NCBI GenBank assembly: GCA_002239085.1
Contig: MPNP01000001.1
Span: 49,169-113,168 of the forward strand
Direction of reading: 5' to 3'
Length of the DNA stretch: 64,000 nucleotides
DNA from: Rhodobacteraceae bacterium bin131
GTDB taxonomy: Bacteria; Pseudomonadota; Alphaproteobacteria; Rhodobacterales; Rhodobacteraceae
Shown: piece after piece, positions 20,176-29,703 of the stretch
Layout of the letters: every line of letters begins with the position of its first letter
Position numbering within the stretch: the stretch's first letter is position 1
The notes under the pieces: generated by a model
The model's input: only the letters and a program-made list of their open reading frames with translations
Database searches by the model: none
What the model was told of the DNA's origin: nothing
Position numbers and translations under genes: made by a program

Positions 20176-20691
20176 GGCGTCCTAGTAGCCTCTAATGAAC
20201 AATTAATATTGAAGTTAACTTGGTAGATGGTGAATACTTTTAAAATGCCTTTCAATGTAAACTCATAATAATCCAATCAACAGAGCAAATAATAACTGCT
20301 TGCTAATTCGTCACGATTTGGGAATTGACTAATATCTATACCAAGGCAGGAGGTTTTTCAAGACAAACCCCAATCGGTTTCATTGATTCGGGGAAGGCAC
20401 CGCAATTATTTTCACCGATTTGCCTTCTAAACTTGATCAGTATTTAAAGTCGTGAACTATACCTTTTTTGCTTGTCATACGAGACCGCTTATCAAATGAG
20501 TATGTATAGGGTTGCCGTTTTGCTAAAATCTAATGTTATAGACTAATCACAACGTTTTTATTTTCCTTGAGACTAAGCCAGAATCTTAATCACGCAGGCG
20601 TCAGTGGTTAAGATTAAATAGAATAAGTAAATGGGGTGACCGATTGAATTTGAATATGCTTAAGGAGTAGCTGTAGGATTTTTCTCAGCGT

Positions 20692-22092
20692 TTAGTTGAT
20701 ATGTTTTCTCAATTCCTTCATTCGGTATAAACTCTCATCTTTCCCAAGTATAATAAGCAAATCAAAGACACTTGGAGAGTTTAATTTTCCAACCAAAGCT
20801 ATCCGAATAGGCTGAATCACCTTACCCAATCCCAAATTGAAGCGATTGCCTAATTCTCTTGTGAACTGTTCAAGGGAATCACGGGTCCAAAAAACATCTT
20901 CAATCGCGTCTAAATACGCATCAAAAACAGCAACGTTTATCTGCTTCATTGTGGCAATTGATTTTTGGTCGTATTCGCCTGGTTCGTACCACAAGAACCC
21001 TAATTCTTCCCACAATTCAACCAAATTTTTTGAACGGCCTTGGAGGAACGGTAATGCTTTTTGAACTTGGCTTTCAAGATTGTTATCAATACGAATTTGA
21101 TATTTTATTGAAACAAACTCCTTCAGTGATTGTAATAATGTAGAGGTATCTAAATTGGCTAAGTGGAGGCGTGATAAATGGTTGAGTATCTTGGGGTCAT
21201 AACGGGCCGATGACTTGCGTAAATCTTCAAGACGAAACCACTTTATTGCCTGGTCCATACAAAAGAATTCATCATCACCATGCGACCAACCTAACCGAGC
21301 AAGAAAATTACACGCGGCCTCAGGTATAATCCCGGCATTAAAAAACACCTCAACTCCCTCAGCTCCATCTCTTTTAGAGAATTTCTTACCCTGCTGATTA
21401 TGGATTAAGGGGACGTGAGCGAAGTTAGGGATTGACCAATTGAAAGCCTGATAAATCAGCTTTTGTTTGAAGGTGTTTGCAATATGGTCGTTGCCCCTGA
21501 TAATGTGGCTAATGTCCATGGCATGATCATCAACGACAACAGCAAAATTATAGGTCGGAGACCCATCAGATCGTAGAATTACAAAATCATCAAGTGTGTC
21601 ATTGTTGATTGAAACTTGTCCTAATACGATGTCATTGATCAATGATTTTCCAGAAAGAGGAGCTTTGACTCGAATGGTAAATGGTTTGTCTGGATAATCG
21701 GTGTCTGAGGCATCCCGCCAAGGGCTCACAAAAAAAGTAGCATTCCCTTTTTGCTTAGCTTCAGCTTGATAATCTGCAATCTCTTGTGGAGTAGCAAAGC
21801 ATTTATAAGCATGTCCCGTCTTAAGAAGATTAAGTGCCATTTCTTGATGGATTGGTTGTCTGGTGCGCTGGCTGATTGGTTCATCATCCCAATTTAAATT
21901 GAGCCATTTTAAACCATTTAAAATTCCTTCAGTGGCTTCGGGAGTTGATCTAGCTTGATCAGTATCTTCAATTCGTAATAGAAATTTTCCTCCATTGGCG
22001 CGAGCAAACAACCAATTAAATAAGGCAGTTCTTGCTCCACCGATGTGGAGATGTCCCGTGGGTGAGGGTGCAAATCTTGTGGTGACTGTCAT
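20692..22092 (-). CDS. gltX: Glutamate--tRNA ligase
   Basis: 466 aa. HIGH motif (PSPTGHLHIGGARTAL) and KMSKS-type motif (KKFSKRDG). Confidence 0.95.
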   Translation of the reverse strand: MTVTTRFAPSPTGHLHIGGARTALFNWLFARANGGKFLLRIEDTDQARSTPEATEGILNGLKWLNLNWDDEPISQRTRQPIHQEMALNLLKTGHAYKCFATPQEIADYQAEAKQKGNATFFVSPWRDASDTDYPDKPFTIRVKAPLSGKSLINDIVLGQVSINNDTLDDFVILRSDGSPTYNFAVVVDDHAMDISHIIRGNDHIANTFKQKLIYQAFNWSIPNFAHVPLIHNQQGKKFSKRDGAEGVEVFFNAGIIPEAACNFLARLGWSHGDDEFFCMDQAIKWFRLEDLRKSSARYDPKILNHLSRLHLANLDTSTLLQSLKEFVSIKYQIRIDNNLESQVQKALPFLQGRSKNLVELWEELGFLWYEPGEYDQKSIATMKQINVAVFDAYLDAIEDVFWTRDSLEQFTRELGNRFNLGLGKVIQPIRIALVGKLNSPSVFDLLIILGKDESLYRMKELRKHIN

Positions 22093-22144
22093 GGCTGATA
22101 GTTAGCAATAATATAGAAGATGAGATGCCTAACAGACCTTTATT

Positions 22145-23935
22145 TTATTTTTTGACTTCTCCTAGTGACGCAACTTTTTCGGCGATGATTTTAGCTCTTT
22201 CGTTCAGAAACTTATCGTAAAGCACTTTTAATTCTCCTTTGCTATTCATTGTTTCGAAAGGCACAAGATGCTCTTCGATTCTTTTTTGAAGAATAGTAGT
22301 TTTAATGAGGAATTTTTTTTCAGAGTTTTGGATAAATATTTCAGGTAATAGATTTGACATTCCTTTATTCGTTCTTCCATTAAGAAAAACACCATTTAGG
22401 CCACTGTTGATAGCATCTATATCTATATTAGCTTCTTCTAATAGTTTTTTTGGGAATACATGATGAGTATCAAGGTTTCTGTTAGCTTCAAGATCTCTGA
22501 ACATGTTTTCGTTTATTGGGTCACCTGTTATCCAATCACTTGGATTATTTGACATTACTAAAGAAGCTACAGCCCTTCCTAATCTAGTTTTTTTACCAAT
22601 CCAAGGAGTATGTTTAAGTAAACTTTTGTGACTACAAAGCGGGTAATCGGTTTCATTTAAAGCAGGTATATTCTTACTACACCATGTGCCATCAATCTTT
22701 ATCATCTGAAATTCACGCTTTAGAGCCACAAAATCAAAAAAAAGCCTATCGTTAGCTTGTGCGTCATACCTATCAGAAAATATACATCGCCAATAATATG
22801 TACTAAGTAACTCTCTTGCTGAATTGATTTTTGAGGGGTTAGTAATTTCGTTGTAAATTTCATACAAGGCAGCAATCACGTGTAAAGGTGGCCAACTAGG
22901 TAAGATCCTATCTGTGAAGGCACCAAATGCGGAAGCTTTTTCCAAACTCCATGAAAGATGCATTAATAGTTTTTTGATTGTGTTGCTCTTATTCATTTCC
23001 TGTTGATACAACAAATCAAGTGCTTTTTTGTAATTTACTTCTTTTGGAGCTAAATCTGACTTCAGACAAGCGACTTTAAGCATCCATTCGCCGATATCGG
23101 GTATCCAATCTTCTGGATCATTTTTGAAATAATAACCAAAATTTTTACCTTCCTTACCGCATTCTTCATTGATTGAAGTACGTAAATTTTCACTATGCTG
23201 AGATTCAACTCGAGCGACCTCAATATCAAAGCGTTTGATTTTCACAGAGGAGGTATTTGTTTCAACAAAAATGTCAGTAGCCGTTGGACGGTCAGTAGAT
23301 GAAGGAAGAAAACATGCCCAGAGTTGTCTTTTGAAAAAATTCTCTTTAAAAAACGCATCTATTTTAATCTCAAGTAACCTGGCCTCTTGAGAATTTGATT
23401 TGAAAATCTCTTGACACCAATTGGTTAGAGGTGAAAATGCTTTGTCATCATGAACTTTCAGTAGAATGTCAAGTGGAACTAGGTTGGCATCGTAAGAATT
23501 TGATACATCACGATATTCTTTTTCTTTACGGGTTTCTTTTCCGTAGGCCTCAAGAAGAGAAAATTCTAACTCACTAGAAGATAAATCTTCAAATTTTACA
23601 AAAAGTCTGCTTTTTGCCTTTCCATGAATACATTGCAACAACGATGTCATTCGTTGTTGACCATCTAGAATAAATTCCGAAAAATCTCCTGTAGAATTTC
23701 TAAAGTCAAGATTGTAAAAATCCCGTGGTTCAAACTGTTTGTCCCTATCCTTTTCTAGGATTAGAAAGAAACCAACTGGCTTATCATTAATTATAGCTTG
23801 GATATAATTCTTGACTTTATCCATGGTCCAAACGAAACTTCTCTGAAAATCAGGTAGGATAACAGACCCGTCTTGGGAGAGCTTAAGCCAGTCTTCTAAA
23901 ACTCTGAAGTCATATTTTATTGATGAGCTCTTCAT
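22145..23935 (-). CDS. DUF262 (ParB-like NTPase) plus DUF1524 (His-Me finger nuclease) protein, GmrSD/SspE-type
   Basis: 596 aa. N-terminal DUF262 hallmarks LPDFQRSFVW and ILDGQQRMTSL. C-terminal DUF1524-like nuclease motif DTHHVFPKK...NGVFLNGRTNKGMSN. Divergent from the adjacent operon. Confidence 0.8.
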   Translation of the reverse strand: MKSSSIKYDFRVLEDWLKLSQDGSVILPDFQRSFVWTMDKVKNYIQAIINDKPVGFFLILEKDRDKQFEPRDFYNLDFRNSTGDFSEFILDGQQRMTSLLQCIHGKAKSRLFVKFEDLSSSELEFSLLEAYGKETRKEKEYRDVSNSYDANLVPLDILLKVHDDKAFSPLTNWCQEIFKSNSQEARLLEIKIDAFFKENFFKRQLWACFLPSSTDRPTATDIFVETNTSSVKIKRFDIEVARVESQHSENLRTSINEECGKEGKNFGYYFKNDPEDWIPDIGEWMLKVACLKSDLAPKEVNYKKALDLLYQQEMNKSNTIKKLLMHLSWSLEKASAFGAFTDRILPSWPPLHVIAALYEIYNEITNPSKINSARELLSTYYWRCIFSDRYDAQANDRLFFDFVALKREFQMIKIDGTWCSKNIPALNETDYPLCSHKSLLKHTPWIGKKTRLGRAVASLVMSNNPSDWITGDPINENMFRDLEANRNLDTHHVFPKKLLEEANIDIDAINSGLNGVFLNGRTNKGMSNLLPEIFIQNSEKKFLIKTTILQKRIEEHLVPFETMNSKGELKVLYDKFLNERAKIIAEKVASLGEVKK

Positions 23936-24036
23936 ATAATTTTTCTAAATTAATTTTTGAATTTTAATATGTTTTATTTACCTAATAGAATATATTGGTG
24001 AGTAATGTTCGGAGAATATGAAGAATTTTTCATTTT

Positions 24037-24045
24037 TGTTATAAT
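24037..24045 (+). promoter_or_regulatory. Extended -10 promoter element TGTTATAAT upstream of the island operon
   Basis: Exact TGnTATAAT read in the divergent intergenic region, about 120 nt upstream of the first possible start. No clear -35. In AT-rich DNA a chance match is possible. Confidence 0.3.
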
Positions 24046-24167
24046 TTGACCCTTGATTAGACTTGCCATAGGGAAGAGTACCCGATTGGATTTGTAGAAT
24101 TTGCTGACGAATTAGTACAATAGCATTTTTGTCTTGAGGAGTTTGCTCTGAGGGTCAATAAGACTGG

Positions 24168-25754
24168 TTGTCAAAACTCATTCAACCTTACATAGACAAG
24201 AAGGTGGAGAGAGCTACAAAGAACCTCTCAAACAGAACAATTGAAAAAGTTCAATCTCCAGTCAAAAAAACACTAATACTAATTTTAAACTGCACTTCAC
24301 AACCTAAAAAATTTACCAAAATTTGTCTTTCGATTATGAATATAACAACCACTAAGTGCTGTAAGCAAGACCATAAATTGAGTGAAACTTGTTGGTCAAA
24401 TGCTAATGCACCCCAAATTGCTGGTGTTCCGAAATTAGTAAATTCAAAGAAATATATTAGAAAGAAACCACTTCATGAGCCCCAAATTGAGTATGGTTTA
24501 AACTATAAAGATAAACATCATCCTGACCTACCACATATCGTGAAATTCTCTGGCGGAAGATCTAGTGGGATGTTACTACTAACCCTTCTGTGCAATCAAA
24601 TTTTAGATGCAAAAAGGGGCGATGTAGTTATATTTAACAATACTTCATGTGAACATCCATATACCTATGACTTTGTTAAGCGTTGTAAAAAGGTAACTGA
24701 GAACTTTGGGATTCCTTTTTTTATAGTTGAATTCATTACTTACGAAGACTCAAGGCGAGGTGAATGGGCGCGATTTCCTTCTTATCGGCTTACAAATGAA
24801 AATCCGATAAGTTCCGATAACCCCAACGGTTTTCATTGGAAAGGAGAAGTTTTTGAGGAGCTTATATCTTGGTCTGGATTTATTCCAAATCAATTCAGTC
24901 GAATTTGTACAAAAAGAATGAAGCTTGAGACTACAAGATATTTTCTCCAAGATTGGTTTACCAGTGAAGATGCAGTTCAGCAAGTCGGTCATTTTGATGC
25001 ACAGTCAAGAATAGATCACCGGGTCACTTATTTACGTCATTTACGCAATGGTGGTAGTGTCCCAGAGGAAATATTTTTTAAGAAAAAAAGGTTTGTATGG
25101 AGTAGGCCTCATTTTAGGCAAGAACAAAAATACCTTGATTTCTCAAGTGCTTGGATACCATTCGTACTACCAAAAAAGTCAATTCCAAGCAATCGCTCTC
25201 AATTGGTTTCCAAAGGTTTTGAATATGTTTCTTTTATTGGCCTAAGAGGTGATGAAAAAGTAAGAGTCAATCGGGTAAAAGAAAGAAATTCAAATCTAGA
25301 TGCATACGGCTTTGAAGGAGAACACATTTATCTCCCACTTGATAATATGAATATTTCCAAAGAGGATGTGAATGTTTTTTGGAGTAACCAAGAATGGGAT
25401 CTTAATTTACCCATGGGAGGTGGGCTTTCAAACTGTGTTTACTGTTTTTTAAAGGGTGCCAAAAATCTTCGTGGTATTCACGCCGAGATGGAAAGAATGA
25501 AACATAGAGGTGATATTCCCAATTACGGCTCAATTGAAAACACTCCATGTGACCTTGAATGGTGGAAACGGATTGAAAGGGATTATGGAAGAGATTTGTT
25601 AGCTGAAAATAGAAAGAAATCAAATAATGAAATTAATTTTCTTGGTTTCTTTGGGAATAAAACTGGATTTAATTATGAGCTGCTATCAAGTGCCAACGAT
25701 AAAGTAATGAATAAGTATATAGGCGAACTTTTACCGTGTGATTGCACAGAATAG
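24168..25754 (+). CDS. PAPS-reductase-like PP-loop ATP pyrophosphatase (DndC/SspD-like)
   Basis: 528-aa ORF. PP-loop IVKFSGGRSSGMLLL, later Cys motifs SNCVYCFLKG, and C-terminal LLPCDCTE. The N-terminal ~115 aa is Lys/Cys-rich with no recognisable domain. The start is uncertain (TTG 24168 or ATG 24336). Confidence 0.75.
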   Translation: MSKLIQPYIDKKVERATKNLSNRTIEKVQSPVKKTLILILNCTSQPKKFTKICLSIMNITTTKCCKQDHKLSETCWSNANAPQIAGVPKLVNSKKYIRKKPLHEPQIEYGLNYKDKHHPDLPHIVKFSGGRSSGMLLLTLLCNQILDAKRGDVVIFNNTSCEHPYTYDFVKRCKKVTENFGIPFFIVEFITYEDSRRGEWARFPSYRLTNENPISSDNPNGFHWKGEVFEELISWSGFIPNQFSRICTKRMKLETTRYFLQDWFTSEDAVQQVGHFDAQSRIDHRVTYLRHLRNGGSVPEEIFFKKKRFVWSRPHFRQEQKYLDFSSAWIPFVLPKKSIPSNRSQLVSKGFEYVSFIGLRGDEKVRVNRVKERNSNLDAYGFEGEHIYLPLDNMNISKEDVNVFWSNQEWDLNLPMGGGLSNCVYCFLKGAKNLRGIHAEMERMKHRGDIPNYGSIENTPCDLEWWKRIERDYGRDLLAENRKKSNNEINFLGFFGNKTGFNYELLSSANDKVMNKYIGELLPCDCTE

Positions 25755-25756
25755 AA

Positions 25757-26893
25757 ATGTCCGAATTACCAGTTTACCTTGATTACCAATCGACTACTCC
25801 GATTGACCCACGTGTGGCAGAAGTGATTTCAGAGTCCTATGAGAAGTTTTTTGGGAACCCTCATGGTCGACAACATTACTATAGTCGGATTGCGGCTGAG
25901 GCCATTGAAGATGCACGAGAAAAAATTGCATATCTTATTGGTGCATTCCCTAATCGTATTGTATTTACTTCAGGAGCGACCGAGTCATGCAACCTTGCTT
26001 TACGTGGGATTGTACAAAACTCTAATGGAAAGCGAAAGAGAATCATTTCAGTTGCAACTGAACATTCAGCCGTGTTAGAAAACTTGAATGCGATAGAAAG
26101 ATTGGAGTTTGAAGTTAAGTTTGTGAAAGTCGATAGAGATGGGATAATAGACCTAGAACATTTAAATAATTTAATAAATGAAAACACCCTAATCGTATCA
26201 GTTATGGCTGTGAATAATGAGATAGGAGTTGTTCAACCAATTAATAAAATCGCTGATATGTGCCATAGTAAAGGTGCTTTATTTCATACTGATGCAACTC
26301 AAGCCCCTGGTCGTATAATTATTGATGTTGAGGTATGGAATGCTGACCTATTAACAATATCTGCTCATAAACTTTATGGCCCTAAAGGTATCGGAATACT
26401 TTATGTTTCTGAAGACTCGCTATTGGCACCTATTTTTTATGGTGGTGGCCAAGAAAGGGGACTGAGGTCTGGTACATTGCCAACGCCATTAATTTGTGGT
26501 TTTGGGGAGGCAGCAGCGATAGTATCAGAGGAGGGTAGAAAAGACGCAAAACGAATGAACGAATTGAGTAAAAAGCTTTGGATTGGTTTAGAATCTTTGG
26601 CACCGGATATTGTTAAATTTGGATCATTAACACATAGGGCACCTGGAAGTCTTAATTTCGGATTTCCTGGAATTCCAGGTGACCGGCTTGTTGCAATGGT
26701 TGAAAATGAAATTGCTATCTCAACTGGCTCATCCTGTGCATCTGAAAGTAATTCTATTTCACACGTTTTGAGTGCATTAGGATTGCCTAGATCATCAATA
26801 TCAACTGCCATTAGAGTAAGCTTAGGAAGGTTCACAACTGAATCCGAAATCAATAAGGCACTATTAGCTTTCAAAACAATTTTAGCGAAGTAA
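25757..26893 (+). CDS. Class V aminotransferase-fold cysteine desulfurase (IscS/NifS/DndA/SspA-like)
   Basis: PLP lysine context SAHKLYGPKGIG, catalytic Cys loop STGSSCAS, N-terminal LDYQSTTPIDPRV. ATG 25757 is 3 nt after the preceding stop; the ORF is open from 25742. Confidence 0.85.
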   Translation: MSELPVYLDYQSTTPIDPRVAEVISESYEKFFGNPHGRQHYYSRIAAEAIEDAREKIAYLIGAFPNRIVFTSGATESCNLALRGIVQNSNGKRKRIISVATEHSAVLENLNAIERLEFEVKFVKVDRDGIIDLEHLNNLINENTLIVSVMAVNNEIGVVQPINKIADMCHSKGALFHTDATQAPGRIIIDVEVWNADLLTISAHKLYGPKGIGILYVSEDSLLAPIFYGGGQERGLRSGTLPTPLICGFGEAAAIVSEEGRKDAKRMNELSKKLWIGLESLAPDIVKFGSLTHRAPGSLNFGFPGIPGDRLVAMVENEIAISTGSSCASESNSISHVLSALGLPRSSISTAIRVSLGRFTTESEINKALLAFKTILAK

Positions 26894-26899
26894 TATTAC

Positions 26900-28855
26900 A
26901 TGCCCGACCCCAACCTAATTTTTTATGATACCCAAACAGAAACAGGATTTACCTCAGCAGGGGTTTCTGCTTTTTCTGAACTAAATCCTGCGGCTGTAGT
27001 CAGAGAACTGATACAAAATTCACTTGATGCCGCTTTGATTGAAGCCAAAGAAAATTGTGCAAAGGTGCAATTCAGACTATTTGAATCTCAAACTAAAGAC
27101 ATTCCCGGAATTAAAAGCTATAAAGCTGCGTTTAAGTCAGCTAAACATCATCAAATGGTTGATGGAAGACTGCCAATTGCTGCTGGTCCTATTGCCGAAC
27201 GGGTTGAAAATGCTCTGCGGAAAAAGAATCAAAGAATACTTGCGGTCTCTGACAACGGTTGTGGATTGGACAAAGCAAAAATGCTTGCCCTTTTAGGTGA
27301 TGGTATCAGTGCAAAAAGTGCTAATTCGGCTGGGACATATGGGAATGGCCACTCTGTTCCAATCCCGGCTTCTGACCTGAGATATTTATTATATGGAGGA
27401 TTAACTGAGAATGGAAAAACTATTGCTTCAGGAAAAGCTTTGCTAGCTACACATATAAAAAATAATAAATTACTTTCTGACCGGGGCTTATTTGTAGTTG
27501 ATGGAGTAATTGATACTCAATTGAGAGGTCTGAGTTATTCGTTTCCAAGTGAGGACTTAATTCCTGAACTGATTAGAAATGAAATTGATTTAATAAAAAA
27601 TACATTCGGTCATGGAACCGTAATTTTGGTACCATCCTTTAACCAATTTGGGGAAGATAATGAATCTTTGTGGAAAATAGTGTCAAAAGCCACGGTATGC
27701 AGTTTTTTTGAAGCTATTCATTCAGAAAAACTCATTATTGAAGTCAAGGATGATATTATCGGTAGTTCTAATTGCTTAAATAAACAAAACCTCAAGGAGA
27801 TACTTGAAGAATATAAGAATGAAAAAAGATCCACCGGAGCTTATATTAGTGGGTCAAAAGCAAATTTGGCGTATGAGACATTAGTTGAAAGCAAAATAAA
27901 TAAATTAGAAACTACATTGGGTAATGTGGATATCCTTTTAAATGACAAAAAAGTTGAAAGAACTAGTATAGGACTATGTCGAAATGGAATGTGGATAACT
28001 GACGTTATTCCCACTTTTAGGGGGAAATTTAGTGATTTATATCCTTTTCGAGCATTATTACTATTACATTCAGAAGAAAGAAATTCTCTCTATAAAATAA
28101 TTCAAGAAATTGAAACTCCACTTCACAATAAACTTGAATTAAAATTGATTTCAAATGATGAAAAAAAGAAAAAGCTTAAAAATGCATTAGATGAAATTTC
28201 TGACTGGTTTCGAAATAATGTTACCAAGTTGGATTCAAATTCTTACAGTCCTGATAGTGTTTTATGCTTAAGGTTTGTTGATGGTACACACTCTGGTGGG
28301 GGAATCGACAATGATTTTATGGGTCCACCTAGTGTTGTTGAACCTTTTAGTCCGGGTTCGGGTACTGATGAAGCTGAAGGATCTAGTGAAAAAGGTGAAC
28401 AGCCGAGCGGCGGTAAAGGAAATGGACAAGGAGATAGGAGTCAGAAAAAAAGACGCAAAATCAAAAACCCAAATAATTTTCGTATCGTAGCAAGGTCAAA
28501 TGGTTCTGAAAAACTAAAAATTTTACTTGATTGCAATGAGGATTGCGAAAACGCTGAGCTAAGTGTTTTTATTGATGAGAACATTGATGAAACGTGTGAT
28601 AATTTTAGCAATAATGAACTTGTTAAACTGTTTGATGCTACAATTGATAGCAAAAAAATATCCCAAAAGAAGCTCGACAAAACTTCTAGAATTAAACTAG
28701 GAAAATTGAAGGCAAATACTCAAACAGTAATTGAAACTAAATTTCGTTTGCCAAATTTTGTACTTTGTAAAACCCTGAATTTTACTCCATCATTTAAAAT
28801 TGAAATTGAACAAATCGTTGAAGAACAAACTTCTGAAGGTAAAGCCAAGCGATAA
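26900..28855 (+). CDS. GHKL/Bergerat-fold (HSP90/MORC-like) ATPase with a long uncharacterised C-terminal region
   Basis: 651 aa. N-box VRELIQNSLDAA, G1 box VSDNGCGLD, G2-like AGTYGNGHS. Has a Gly/Ser/Glu-rich linker and a basic patch (GGKGNGQGDRSQKKRRKIKNPNN), then a Cys/acidic C-terminal domain. Confidence 0.7.
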   Translation: MPDPNLIFYDTQTETGFTSAGVSAFSELNPAAVVRELIQNSLDAALIEAKENCAKVQFRLFESQTKDIPGIKSYKAAFKSAKHHQMVDGRLPIAAGPIAERVENALRKKNQRILAVSDNGCGLDKAKMLALLGDGISAKSANSAGTYGNGHSVPIPASDLRYLLYGGLTENGKTIASGKALLATHIKNNKLLSDRGLFVVDGVIDTQLRGLSYSFPSEDLIPELIRNEIDLIKNTFGHGTVILVPSFNQFGEDNESLWKIVSKATVCSFFEAIHSEKLIIEVKDDIIGSSNCLNKQNLKEILEEYKNEKRSTGAYISGSKANLAYETLVESKINKLETTLGNVDILLNDKKVERTSIGLCRNGMWITDVIPTFRGKFSDLYPFRALLLLHSEERNSLYKIIQEIETPLHNKLELKLISNDEKKKKLKNALDEISDWFRNNVTKLDSNSYSPDSVLCLRFVDGTHSGGGIDNDFMGPPSVVEPFSPGSGTDEAEGSSEKGEQPSGGKGNGQGDRSQKKRRKIKNPNNFRIVARSNGSEKLKILLDCNEDCENAELSVFIDENIDETCDNFSNNELVKLFDATIDSKKISQKKLDKTSRIKLGKLKANTQTVIETKFRLPNFVLCKTLNFTPSFKIEIEQIVEEQTSEGKAKR

Positions 28856-28857
28856 AT

Positions 28858-29703
28858 ATGACCGATGAAATCTTTACAGTCAATAATGAGGCAAATTCAA
28901 ATACTTCATCAGTAAGAATGACTGATATCCCTGTACTAGAAGTCGGCAATCAATCATACCCTAGGGGAATTTATACAATCAAATTTAAGGAAAGAGCCGA
29001 TAATTCATCGTTTGAAATTACTCATTGTATTGAAAATGCTCCTCTAATCAATCATCTGACTGAACTCGGCTGTACTAAATTTCTTTGTACAGTTTCTTCT
29101 CCAATTTCATCCTACAGAAGAAGCCATATCTCATTAGAAGCAACTCAGATAATAAGTTGGAATAATGATGACCTCGGAGAAGCTCCTTTACTGAAACCAA
29201 TGATTGTTGTTTCAAAGCATTATAATAAAGTTCTAGATTATGAAAAGGACGGCGTACATAAATTCTGGCATGGTGAAGAAGTAAAATTTATTCCGGGAAT
29301 GAGACTGGCTATGAGTCAAGTTATCAAGTTGGGGTCAGCAATTCAGAAACTACTAATTTACATTGAAGATAAAGAACTTGGTCCAGGTGAATTTAAGGTT
29401 AATGAAGATACTAATGAAAATTTTTATTTTCTAGTTAAACTTGCTCCTGACCTTCATCAATTCTTAAAAATTAATCAGCTAAGCCCTCTCCAAAATAGTA
29501 TCAATACTCACATTGTAAGTTCATGTTTTAGTTATTTAAAACGTCACTATGCAAATGAAGAATACAAAAATTATAGAAATTTGATTGGTTTATTTAAGGA
29601 ACTTGAATCAAAGGGATTGCTTACTTGGACTGATGATGAATTTTTACCTGAATTGGCCGCTACCAAGCTTTATCCTCACATTGTAAATGAGACTGATAAA
29701 TGA
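28858..29703 (+). CDS. Hypothetical protein (island operon gene 4)
   Basis: 281-aa ORF starting 3 nt after the GHKL ATPase stop and overlapping the next gene by ATGA. No motif recognisable by eye. Confidence 0.6.
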   Translation: MTDEIFTVNNEANSNTSSVRMTDIPVLEVGNQSYPRGIYTIKFKERADNSSFEITHCIENAPLINHLTELGCTKFLCTVSSPISSYRRSHISLEATQIISWNNDDLGEAPLLKPMIVVSKHYNKVLDYEKDGVHKFWHGEEVKFIPGMRLAMSQVIKLGSAIQKLLIYIEDKELGPGEFKVNEDTNENFYFLVKLAPDLHQFLKINQLSPLQNSINTHIVSSCFSYLKRHYANEEYKNYRNLIGLFKELESKGLLTWTDDEFLPELAATKLYPHIVNETDK

